Shown: positions 52,053 to 64,000 of the stretch, piece after piece
How the letters are laid out: the number at the start of each line of letters is the position of its first letter
Position numbering within the stretch: position 1 is the stretch's first letter
Notes under the pieces: generated by a model
What the model was told of the DNA's origin: nothing
The model's database searches: none
The model's input: the letters and a program-made list of their open reading frames with translations, nothing else
Position numbers and translations under genes: made by a program
NCBI RefSeq assembly: GCF_018350175.1
Contig: NC_058368.1
Coordinates: 56,856,001-56,920,000 of the forward strand
Length of the DNA stretch: 64,000 nt
Reading direction: 5' to 3'
Origin: Felis catus
Lineage: Eukaryota

Positions 52053-52657
52053 CAATTCTATCTTACATAATCATATATTTATATAAAATTTAAAGTACCA
52101 CTTAAATTATTTAAAACCTAAACCTTCAAGTAATTTAACATTCCAACAAGATCAATGACATTTATATTGTAGCTTCTCAGTTTAAGTTTTCATTATCACA
52201 AACTTCCTGAATCACTACTCTATATCCCTAAGATTAATATTTCCCCAATTCTTCTAATCTTTAGAACAATCCTGAAGTGTCAGTATGATTATCCTACTTA
52301 ATGCATATGAAAGATAATTCTAAGGAGAGCAAGTAGTTTCCCAAAGTCACATACAACTAGTGCTTATGCAATCTATCATTTGAACAGACGTCTGCTCTAA
52401 CCTTAAACCCATAATCTTCCCACTCTACTTTTTGTCCTGTGAGAAAGAAGCCTGATTTTTACAAATAATAAAAGATGAGACAGAGAGAAATAGGAAAGTA
52501 GGGTGGAAGATTGAGCTGAAAAATACTGTTTAAATGTAATACAATTATAAAAGAGTAAGACTATATACTGCTCAATAAAGAATAAATACGGAATGTTTTA
52601 TCTTTAGTGTCTACATTGTATCCAACCTTTACCAGGAGCCAGGGAGAGTAAGACACA

Positions 52658-52877
52658 TTTTTAAAATTTTTTTTAACTTTTTATTTTTTAGAAGAAGAGA
52701 GAGAGTGGGAGCAGGGGAGGCACAGAGAGAGGGAGACACAGAATCCCAAGCAGGCTCCAGGCTCTGAGCTGTCAGCATGGAGCCTAATGCAGGGCTTGAA
52801 CTCATGACTCATGAACCGTGAGATCATGACCTGAGCTGAAGTCAGACACTTGACTGACTGAAGCACCCAGGTGCCTC
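52658..52877 (-). mobile_element. Can-SINE
   Basis: SINE body with an internal ctcatga duplication. Confidence 0.9.
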
Positions 52878-53076
52878 AAAACACTTATTTTAATTCCTAA
52901 AGAGTAAACAAGTAATCCAATGATAAATTTTATGATAAATGTCCAATATACAGTAAAGAATGGATACTCTATGTTTTGAAAGTAAACAAAGGTATAGTCA
53001 AAGCCCACCTTTATGAGTAGTTGAACTTCTCTGTTCTGTGTCTGGTCGTGTGGTTGGGTCTTATCTTGCCCCCAAA

Positions 53077-53592
53077 TGTTGTGGGCTGTTTTGACAAACT
53101 ATGAAGACATTTTTCCTTTCCCTATATCTCTAATCTTGAAATGTGACTTTTTAACTCCTCCTATTAAGGGGTGGAATCTTTCTTACCCCTTGAATATAGG
53201 TGGCTTTAAAGTTTGCTTTGGCCAAAGTGACTGTAATAGCAAACATGAGGCAAGAATAGCCTTGAAAATTGCTTGTGCACTAAGCTTGCAGTCTGGCTGC
53301 TTGTGGAACTGTGATGCCCTGTGAACAAGCCCAGACAAGCCAGCTGGAGAATAACACATGAGAGAGACCTCATCTATTCCAGCCTTCCTAGGCAAGACAT
53401 CATAAAGCAGCCAGCCCCAGCTATTACCCTGTAGCTGACAGCAGATGTATGAATGATGGGGCCTTGATAAGAACAATTACCCACCTGAGACCAGCCCAAA
53501 TTGCTGACCTGCAACATCATAAGCAAAAAAAATGGTTGTTGTTTTAAGCTTTAAATTTTGGGATAGTTGGTTACATAGGACTAGATAACAGG
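53077..53592 (+). mobile_element. MLT1-type MaLR LTR relic
   Basis: gtttgctttggccaa, ccagcccaaattgctgacc and ttgttgttttaagc. Confidence 0.65.
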
Positions 53593-54778
53593 TACAGATG
53601 ACAAATAGAGAGATGCAGCCCCTTCCACAGGTATTGACTATGACAAGACAAAACAGCATCTGGAGAGAGGGAGAGGGAGGGAGAGAGAGAGAGAGAAACA
53701 ACAGGATGATTTTTACATGTGATGATTGACAGTAGAAGGAGGCAAAAAGTTCAGATAGATCCTCCTGATAAATTCTATCATCCACTTGACATGGAAGGTT
53801 GGGTCTTCAGAGAATCAGGTGATGAGACAGTGAGTTAGATGAGAGTGATAAAAGTTTGAAATATACTTTGTGGAAAAGGGAGAGATGACAAGGGACTCTT
53901 GAAAATGCTTAATGTCCTACCGAATTTGGAGACTCTAAAACTGTTGGGGGATTTGTTACAGATTAACATGAGCCATTCCCTAGAAGTTATTGCACTTTTG
54001 AAGTCCCAGAGAAAATTAAAGGAAGACACATAGCATATAGCTAGCAGAATCTAGAGATTTTATTTCAGCAAATATTATACCCTTAAGCAATTGAATTCAA
54101 TCAAATACTGACTCCAAATCTGGCTCAGAGAAAGACTCTTTTAAAATGATTTCATAAACCAAAAGCTAGGCTCCTATCAATTCTTCCCTGAGAATAGACG
54201 TCAAATCACCCACGGACAAATGGGGAGGAATTATGAGGGGATATTATTAGTTGAGGCTCTTCTTGAGTTGTTTCTGAATTCTTATGGCTGAATAACTTTA
54301 TAATATTCCAAATAGGGCAGGATTAGATGCTCACAGCCAAACACAATCATTCTCATATAATGTTCTAGCAGACATTTTAAACTAGTATTAATTGTCCTTC
54401 AAATACACATGATTCTGCAACTGATAATAAGGATTTTCTTACTATGAATATTGTAACTCAACTTCCTGGGAATAAAAGGAAACTAATTTTATAAATCTGT
54501 AGCTATTCTGCCTGAGGATTAGCTAACAACTCTTCTCCCACAATATGGGATCAAAACCGTTTCCTACATTTTCAGACCTCCCTTTAATTACAATGCAGGC
54601 TACATAAATTTCCTTAACATTATAACCTGTCATGTCTCCTTTTCTCTTCCGTCTCTTCCTTCCTTCTTCCTTCTCTTTCTCCTTTCCTTTCTTCCTTCTC
54701 CAAAGTTTAGTTAATGTTTATACATAAGTGATCTTTTGCCGACAGTTCAAGTGCAATTAGGTAACATTACCCCATATC

Positions 54779-54992
54779 TTTTTTTTTCAAAAATTTTTTT
54801 AACGTTTGTTTATTTTTGAGAGAGAGAGAGAACAAGTGGGGCAGGGACAGAACAAGAGGGGGACAGAAGTTACAAAGCAGGCTCCACATGCTGACAGCAG
54901 AGAGCCTGATGTGGGGCTTGAACTCACAAACAGGGATATCATAACCTGAGCTGAAGTCAGATGCTTAACTGACTGAGCCACCCAGGCACCCC
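54779..54992 (-). mobile_element. Can-SINE
   Basis: SINE body; acattaccc on both flanks. Confidence 0.92.
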
Positions 54993-55189
54993 ACATTACC
55001 CTATAGCTTAAGTTCATTTTAGTCATTCCTTACACTATTCTGCTTTAATTCCTTCATAAAAATTAAATCCATATTTTTAAAATTAGAACAGCATTTGCAC
55101 AGTGTAAAACACGATGAGTTTGCTGTTATTATAGTAGTAGCACATATTGCTACTTGATATTAATTTTAATTAGTTCCTTTGGTATTTAT

Positions 55190-57270
55190 TAATCACCTTG
55201 AAAACTCAAATAAGAGCCTAATAAGATCAGGGACCTTCTCTGCCTTACTCATTGCTGTCTCCTACATTTAAAACAACGCCTAGCTAATATTAGATGCTTA
55301 GTAACTATTTGTTGAAGGAATAAATGCCACAGAAGTCTTCACAGGCTTATGGAAAAAAAATATATATATAGCAATGTAGAAAATTCTAAAATGGAAGTAC
55401 TTTTGAAAGACAGAAAAAATGATGTAGTTTCTTATTTGGGGAAGGGAGATAAACCAAATATTTTCCAGGAGTTGACTTCTGAGTTCAGTCTTGAACAGAG
55501 AGGAAAGAATTGCACAGCATGTGGATATTTGTACTTTATAAACTATGGATGAAATTCTAAAAGCAGACATTAACCGTATTTTCAGCAATAATAGCAATTT
55601 GGTAATAGATATAAAGACTCTAAATATTCACAATATAAAGAAAACCCACATTCTACTTTATAGGCTATGTAGTCATAGTAAAATATCTACGTGAGTTGAT
55701 AAAATGATAATGTGGTACTTGTTGTTTACTGCATTCAGATATTTGCTACGGGCTTTGCATATGTTATGGAATTTAGTCTTTACAACAGCCTTAAATTTTA
55801 TAACAGCAATATTTTATATTATTGTTATTATTAAACATTTGGTTGCAGTTTCTCAAGCATGGCATTTTGTCATTGCGGTCATTTTTATTTCTTGTTTCCT
55901 CTGCCAGGAATGCTTTTCTTCTACATATTCTCATGTTTGGCTTCCTCAATTTATTCAAGTCTTGGCTCAGATATGACTCCATTAGAGAGCTTTTTCTGAT
56001 TACCCCATCCATAACAACATGCCCATTGCTATTTTTTGCCATAACTCATCATTCCATGATAATATAATGTAAAGTACCTGAGAGCCAAAGCTTTCTCTTT
56101 TTTGTTCAACTGTTTCTTTATCAACTAGATGAGTGATCACCAGATATAAATGGTCAATAAATGACTGAAAGGTTGAATGAGATTTTAGTAAAGCGGGTGG
56201 ATTTGGACTCAGGAAAGTTTGGCTTTTGATGCTTTCTCTTTACTACCTATACTGAAAATATTTAATCACTCATCTTCAATCATCTACCGACCTACCAGTG
56301 TCTGCACTCATATTCTCCACTTTTCTCTGTTGCATTGGACTTGGTGTTCCCCCACCAATAATGATGCTCTGATTTATGAGATCCTTCTCATTCTCACTGA
56401 CTTTACTTAAGTAGTTCTCCATTATCTCTGACATTATTAAGTAAAATTTTTCTCTCTATATTGATCATTACCATCAGTCTACAAATATGGTCTAGCATTT
56501 AAGTTCAAAAGCCTCAATGGTTATCTTATTCCAGTTATCAGACCATTTTGTCTAGTTCCCTTTAAATCAAAAATTTCCTTTATAACCCATCCCCACCTTC
56601 AGTGGAATCTTGTCAGTTCTACTTAAATGCCAAGATCGAAGTCACTGACAGTTTTCCTGTTGCCAAATAAGTCACTTTTCTGTCCTTATCATCTGGGCAT
56701 TGTTCTTCAGGTATTTGTCACAGGAAAACATGATTTCTTTCTTAACACACTTTAGTGTTTTGGCTACTCTGACCCCACACTTTTCTGAATTATTTTTCTC
56801 TTATCTTAGTGACCATTGTATGTAAAATATCCATCGTGCTTGACTGCATGACTCAGCCATGGGCTTCTCCTTCTCTATTCCATGTATACTTTCTCTCTAG
56901 GACATTTTGTCCACTCCTAAAGCTGTCCATTCTGTCCATACATTGATTTTTCTGACATTAATACTTCTATTATTAACCTCTCTGGACTCATGCAATTGCC
57001 TCCCTGCCTGAGATCCTGGATCTAACAAGCATGTAAAACTAAATATAATCAAAAACAATTACCAGGCATCACCACAGTCTGGCTTTGCCTCATCCACTAT
57101 TTCATAGTAGATGGTACCACCAGTCACTCAGTTTTCAAGCTAAAAACTAGAAATATTTATTAATTTGTTTTATGTGCTCAACCCCCAAAATTAGTCCATC
57201 ACAAATCCCTGAGCTTTTTCCAAAACATGCTTAAATATCTTCCCATTCTTCTCTTTCCACTGGTACTACT
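55190..57270 (+). mobile_element. L2/MIR relic fragments
   Basis: L2 3' ends (atttgttgaaggaataaatg near 55310; aataaatgactgaaaggttgaatga near 56160) and pyrimidine-rich L2-like body. Confidence 0.55.
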
Positions 57271-57648
57271 TCTCGTGTGAATTAGGCACTCCATAATTGG
57301 TTTATTTAACCTAGTTAGTTGAGTTCAGAAATCCAGATTCTCTAGTTCAAGATATTTCTATTTATTTTTAACAAGGATTAGTTAATTTTATCTACAGAAT
57401 CCACATACTCTACAGATAAAAAATATCTCTCAGGTCAATGGGAAGGAGAAAGTTCAGGCCCCAACAGCACTATACAACAGGGAAATAGTTCAAAATTAAG
57501 GACCCTCATTGCTGTTTTCTGGATGTCAGTTCCCTTCTACCCCTATGCTGGACAAAGCACATTGACTGAGCTTGACTTAGTTAAACACACCCCTCGAACC
57601 TCAGATTTATATCACCTTAAAAATTCAGTGCCCTTAGCAAGCTATTTG

Positions 57649-57666
57649 TTTTTTTTTTTCTTTTTT
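57649..57666 (-). mobile_element. Poly(A)-only retrotransposition insertion
   Basis: T11-C-T6 flanked by perfect 17-bp direct repeats ccttagcaagctatttg at 57632-57648 and 57667-57683. Confidence 0.8.
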
Positions 57667-60600
57667 CCTTAGCAAGCTATTTGAAGTATCTAAAATGAGT
57701 GTTTCAAATTTCAGTAAAAAATAATCTGATTGACTCCTGTTAAGTCAGAGATCCACAAGTATCCTTTTTGAAAATGAAATGTTGACAGTCTCTCAAAAGG
57801 CATGGAGATAACGAAGAAATGTTAAAACCAAAGGCATTTTAAATAATGAAACACCTAATACAAGGGAGAAATTTTGCAAGGATGTAAACTAGGAAAGGGA
57901 ATCATCCAGAGGCCAGAAGCCTCAAGAAAAATCTTAAAGGTGGAATTGGATTAAACTAGATTGAAGACAAACTCAGAAGATGGACTTAAACTTCTCTCAT
58001 CTGGGAAAAGGAAGTATTGCTGAAGATTGAGAAGAGACTACTTTGGAAGGTAAAAAATTCCAATAACTGAATCCTATCAGGAGAGCCAAGTAATGGAGTC
58101 AATACCCAATGATAAGGCTCATGTGGGGCCTAATGCTTATATACACTCTACTTTCTACAAGTTAGTAGCATTAACAGCAGAGACATTGAAAAAATAAAAC
58201 AAACAAAAGCAAACAAAAGCAGAGACAGGAAGATTGTGCCTGGTTTCTGTAGGAACTGCAGCCAAAAAGAGATGTAGAAGAGCACAATTCTCCTTGAGCT
58301 GACAGGCAGCTCAGAGACACAATTTCTACCTTGAACAAAAGCCAGACTCAAATGAAAACTAGATAGAAAAAAAAATGCCAATATAAAACCTTGAACGCAC
58401 CATAAGGAAAAACAAATATTAAGGAATTATTTGTTCAAGATCAACTGTTCCATCTATACTTGCCATCTAATTGACAGAAGATGAACACTGTAACACATTT
58501 ATCCTTACCAGCCAGTCCGCTTTAAATTCTGATAATCTATAGATAGTGGCCCAAATAGATTTCTTCTTTTCAAATGGTGAGAACAATTTCTTCTTAATGA
58601 TGGAAATTTGAAAACATTCTTCAATATGAGTAAACTATTAAACTTGTGGCAAAATTGGGGCTTTTACTTGAAAAACTATTTATAATAAGAGGCAAAAGCA
58701 AAGATTTTAAAGGGTTTTTAAAATAGAAGCTATTGTTGGCTTTGCATAATTGTAAAAAAAAATCCTAAAAACCCAAATATCTGATGATAAAAGATGATAA
58801 AATAGCAGGCCCAATTGATAAGGAAATAGTCTGAAGCATATACTTCAATAACAAAGTGAGTAGGATAAGCAAGGATGATAAAAAGCCTAACATTTTAGTA
58901 GGGTAAATTTATTGGGTGGGGAAGTTTATTATAATTAAATTTGAAAGAGCATCCCTAAAAAAATAAATAAAAACAATATTTTGTGGAGGGGTACCAACAA
59001 GTTTCCCCAAGATGTACAAGAAAAGAGCAAAAGGATTGATGTTTAGGATAATTTAGAGATATGAGAAGACAAAATAAATCAATTATACTTGTGGATAATT
59101 GTCTTTTGAGGAAGCGAAAAATATTATAAACGAAGTAACCAGGATGTAATAGAAGCAAACAAGCAAAAAAAAAAAAATAATTCAAACAAAATCCTGTCTC
59201 TCTGACCTATGGCTTTTTTCATAAAAGTGAAAATCTTCTTCCGTTAGTGAGAACAGGTACAACGTAGGTGTTCTGTAAGTGTGAAGTGGCTTAACACAAA
59301 ATTTTGGAAAGTGGGGGATACTGTCTTACTATGAATTTAAAAAGCCGTAAAGTAGAGCGTATTTGGTAGGAGGGAAGAAAATGATAGATTAATTTTGGAA
59401 TATCTTAATTTAAAATTTTCTTAATAATTAACTTAGGTAGATATACCCTCATGTTATTGAGGCATTGTTAAAAAACATTGACAGTGTAATAATAAACACA
59501 AAGACATAAGAGTTTCTTGGGGGGGGGGGAAAGGCAAATGTATAAATGATACAAGTTTATAAACTTCAAAGTAATCTACTCATATGAGATTTTTCTCTCC
59601 CAAGAAATAAACTGTTCTGACAATGATTTTAGAGTCCAACAATCTGGCATATTCTTAACTATTTGGGAATTAAATCAAAGTATACAATTTTGGCATGCCT
59701 AAAGGTATTTGGAAATGGCACCATTACAGCCTGAAAATCTGGCTAGTCATAGGTTATTGGAAACCATATCATAGCTTGGAAATATGGCCTCCTCCTGCAT
59801 ATTTAGAAATTAAATCAGAACATAACAACTTGGCATATCCAAATTGATCTGGGAAAGTTATCACAGTATAGTGATTTGGAACAACTTCAAGTATCTGGCG
59901 TACCATCACTGTCCAAAACTTAATACTGCACCAGAATCGCAAGTTTCAAAATATGTTGGGATAACTTTTATAAATGCCCTTGCCATTTAAGATTCTAAAA
60001 TTCTAGATAATTTCGTATTTCATATATTGTATGAAAATCATAATTGATTAATTTATCCAGCTAACTAGGATACCTTTGAGTGAAAAGGGTACTATTATTC
60101 AGGGAAACTAGGCAAAAATTGAGACTGTTATAAGCAATAAGTAAGTTTTTTAGCATGCTAAACTGAGCTTAATATATGAGCATAATATTAAGACAGAATA
60201 AACAAAGGACAGAAATCTAACTCCGTATTAGTGGAACTCGCATAAACAGGAAGGAGATAAAAGGAGGAACTTATTGGCTTACAATACCAGCCACCTTTCA
60301 CTCCACCCTCCCAACATAAAAGAGTAGGGAGTAGAGATAGTTCTGGTGTCTTGTGTTAATTTGCTTCTGTTGCCTGACAATATACAGGTTTCTACTAGAA
60401 AGCCCACCAGCTTTACAAGGTCATTTCATTGAGAGATTCTTTTTGGTCTAATTATGGCTAGGAATATTAGGTAATTATTTTGACCCTGTCTTGGCCACAT
60501 GCCCATTCCTGCAGTAAGAATGCAGAATAAATTATAGATGGGTACATGAGGGGATCAAACAAAAAATAGCTACTAAAGACATTTATTTCTTTAAAAATAA

Positions 60601-60855
60601 TATGATAGTGTAGGTAAACCATTTCCTCTGATTCAGCAATAATTCATTATTTTTATATTCCTAACATAATATTAAAAAGTAGTTGTTTAATTGTCAAAAA
60701 TAAAAATTAACTATTACAATCTTTTTCTCTATTTTTGTTACTCAACATATGATTATTAAAATATTTGTTTAAAAAATCAAGCATTTATGTTGTTTAATTA
60801 TTTAAAGTTATAAAAACACTATTTTCATGCTTCCATTTATTTTACTCTTTTAACA

Positions 60856-61064
60856 TTTTTTTAATGTTTATTTATTTATTTTGATTGAGAGAGAGAACAC
60901 ACATGCTAGGGGTGGGGAGGGGCAGATAGAGAGGGAGAGAGAATCCCAAGCAGGATCCATGCTGACAGACCCAATGTGGGGCTCGATCTCACCGACCTTG
61001 AGTTCATGACATGAAATGAAATCAAGAATCCTATGCTTACCCAACTGAGCCACCCAGACATGCC
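60856..61064 (-). mobile_element. Older Can-SINE
   Basis: SINE body; ctcttttaac on both flanks. Confidence 0.87.
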
Positions 61065-61069
61065 TCTTT

Positions 61070-61690
61070 TAACTTCTTATTTTGAGATAATTTAATATAA
61101 AAGCAGATTGCAAAACTACTAGAGAGTTCCATAAACCCTTCACCCAGATTCCCAATTGAATTGCCATGTCTCCTCCAATCTGTGACAATCTTTTGTTTAT
61201 TTTTTTTATAACATTGTCATATTTGCAAAGCACCGATCAGTTATTTTGTAGAAGGTGGATCTTGTCAAAAGCAATTATTTCTGATGTGACATCTCAAACA
61301 GTAAGTTACTATTTCCCTCATTCATTCTCCATTTATTCATTGAAATTCTTCTATAGGGAGGAATAATCTCTTATCTTTATTCTGTTATTTATTTATATCA
61401 GCATAGACTCATGAATATTTGCTTCTTTGGGTTTTAATCTCAAGCCATGCTGTTTATTTTGTCATTCAAGTTGTTCCTTATTTGCTTCCCCAAGCACTGG
61501 AACCAACTAGCTATTCAAAGAGCCCTGATTCTTTTCACTGAAAAATAGTATTTGGAAACCAAGATATGGGTAATAGTTTTGATCATTGCTACTACAGTTT
61601 CACTGCTTCTAGTACAACTTAGTGGATAGAGCTAGGGAGTATATGCATATACATAAACCCATGCTAACCCACACATCTATATTTAAGTAT
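61070..61690 (-). mobile_element. L1MC-like 3' relic followed by a TA-rich low-complexity tract (to about 61875)
   Basis: gagagttccataaacccttcacccagattccc and tatttggaaaccaagatatggg. Confidence 0.6.
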
Positions 61691-62959
61691 GTATGTATTT
61701 ATCTGCATATATTTTTGTGTATATGTATATATAATATATGCATATATATACACATATCTAATTATGTGTATACATATATCTCTGTGCATATATATATGTA
61801 GATATATAATTTGTATGTACATCCATATAAATAGACAGGAGATGTGTATGTATATTTATGTGTATATATTTATAAATCCTTTCATAAGCCACCATACAAC
61901 TATAAGACCTCCACATAGAAATAAAATCTTATAGCCAATCAATTAATTAGAATAAAATAAAGGCCCTGTATCTATAGAACTTTCAGCTACTAAATTTCTA
62001 TTATATCACAAAACTTGCTGAGGTTTTATATTAATTTAATATAATTAAACAATAAAGTTATAAAGTTCATTATTTAAAATTCTACTTACTCATGCAGCAA
62101 ATTAAATTTTCACTCAATACTTGTTCACTTTGGATCTATACATAGTAAAATAAGTATTTGGGATATGTAAAATGATACATAACTATCATTGCCTTTGATT
62201 TTAGCAATTGCTACAATTGTGATTTTGCTGCAATATCAACTGTGAAAAATGGAATTTTTAACTGTGTATTTTAAACTGTAAAAGCTACATTCTTATTATA
62301 TCTCACTTGAAGATTTTTAAAAATATTTGCTACCACACAGAGGCCAAAAATGGGAATTGGGAAATAATCTCTATCTATATAATGCAATAGGTAATTGTAT
62401 AATTTTATATAGGAGACATTTTCAGAATTAAGTTGATAAAAATGCACCCAGCATGGAAAACATGATAGTCATTGCTAGGCTACAATATACAGGAATGACC
62501 TTCTTTGTATTTCTTTAATGTCAAATGTTATTTGAATTTTAAAAATTTGCTTTGGAAAAGCTTAATATGGATAGCAAATAAGTAAATGTAAATGTATTTG
62601 AGGCTCTGGTCTATCTTAAAAAAAAAAGAAAACTAGCTATTTTCAAGCTATATTTTATAGTTATCACTAATGTCAATTACACAGCCAGCGACAAATGGAC
62701 AAATCTGCAATGTCGCTTAACTCCCTGATATTAGTCACATTACTATTCAATAATGACACAAGTGTTCTATTGAAAACTAAATAAACACAAACTTACATAC
62801 ACACACAGATGCTATTAAATTTTAGTATAAAGAAACCCTGTGTTTTTAGGAAAACTGGGAATCTGAAAAACTACTTACCTCATTTAACATATATTTTATC
62901 TCATTATATCGAACATCTTTATTACCCAAGCTATTTGTTTATAATAGTACCTTATTTTA

Positions 62960-63790
62960 TAGCTGCCCTTTGGAGAGTCATATCAGGCCAGTATCAACCC
63001 ATTTAATAATCCATTTTAATAAAACCCATTTTAATAAAAATAATAAAGAACATACAAGAAAAAATGATAGATGAATATACCTGACAAACATATATGCAGA
63101 AGTCTTTTAAAATTCTTAGAAAATTGGATCCAGTGGCTAATAAAGAAGGGCAATACTTCATAACCAATTGGGGTTTATCCCCAAAATTCATAGTTACTTA
63201 TAATCAAAACAATAATAACAATGTAAGGTATGACAGTAACTGAAAAAAAGCAAAGTCATATAATCATATTATAAGATTTATATTATTGCTTTCTTAAATT
63301 TGTGAAACCATATGAAATCAGTGAAACCATATGAAGTTTTACTTTGTGGAAATGGTTTTCTATTCATTTAAATTGTATTGTATGTAATATATATGATGTA
63401 CATATCATTTTCTATCCCTTTTATTAACATAGGTTATTTTTTAAAGGATCTTACATATTTCATTTAATTTATCAACTATGCTGGCATACACTGTTGATAA
63501 TAGTACTTTATTCTATCTTTAATATCTATAAAATCTAATGGATTGTATCCTCTTCATTCCTGATACGGTAGATTATATTTTCTGTTTTTGCCTACTTTTC
63601 TTAAAAGAAATTTAACAAATTCTCAATCTTTCCAACAAAACTGTTTTATGCTTTTACCTTCTCTATTACATGTTTTGGGGGGAGATGATTGTTTTCCTGC
63701 TCTTGTTTTTATAATTTAATCCATACTACTTGTTTTGGGTAATTTTCTCTCTTCTTCCTAGCTTCTTTAGGTGACATGAAATTAATGTTT
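62960..63790. mobile_element. Old L1M ORF2 relics in both orientations
   Basis: accaattggggtttatcccc (sense) and ttcattcctgata...atctttcc (antisense). Confidence 0.5.
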
Positions 63791-63947
63791 ACTCCCTTCC
63801 CATTTTCCTCCTTCCCCTGTCTCTCCTCTTCTTCTTCCTCTCCTTCACCTGTTTTTCCTTCTATTTCTCCTTTTTTTCTTCTCAGTCTTCTTCACCTTCT
63901 CTGTTATTACCATTTACCATGATTTAATTTCATCCTAGGAACTGTTT

Positions 63948-64000
63948 AAAATTTTTTTTCAACGTTTATTTATTTTTGGGACAGAGAGAGACAGAGCATG
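63948..64000 (-). mobile_element. Young feline Can-SINE (3' part, cut by the window edge)
   Basis: caacgtttatttatttttgggacagagagagacagagcatg. Confidence 0.9.

Noticed and set aside
59630..59990. Recurring (a/t)(c/t)tggca(t) motifs
   Set aside because: Spacing is irregular; I cannot distinguish this from chance or an unrecognised ancient repeat.

Overview
AT-rich mammalian genomic DNA from a felid (cat family), judged from the Can-SINE (SINEC_Fc-type) and feline-type L1 repeats. The window looks intronic or intergenic, and I recognise no host protein-coding gene. The main features are two near-identical, co-oriented, full-length LINE-1 elements on the minus strand. L1-A (26607-32548) is inactivated by a start-codon change, three frameshifts and a CpG nonsense change. 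L1-B (37771-43710) is intact, with a 297-aa ORF1, a 1274-aa ORF2, a YY1 site, a poly(A) tail and a 16-bp TSD, so it is a candidate retrotransposition-competent element. The rest is about 25 tRNA-derived SINEs, older L1 fragments, two related solo LTRs, MaLR/MIR/L2/DNA-transposon relics and microsatellites. The best leads are an ORF0-like antisense ORF with splice donors in the L1 5'UTR, L1-B sitting 14 nt downstream of a consensus 3' splice site, three sites hit repeatedly at the same nick, a 27-nt 5' extension on L1-A, and a poly(A)-only insertion. Repeat subfamily names are from memory and were not searched. I cannot confirm any novel system from sequence alone.
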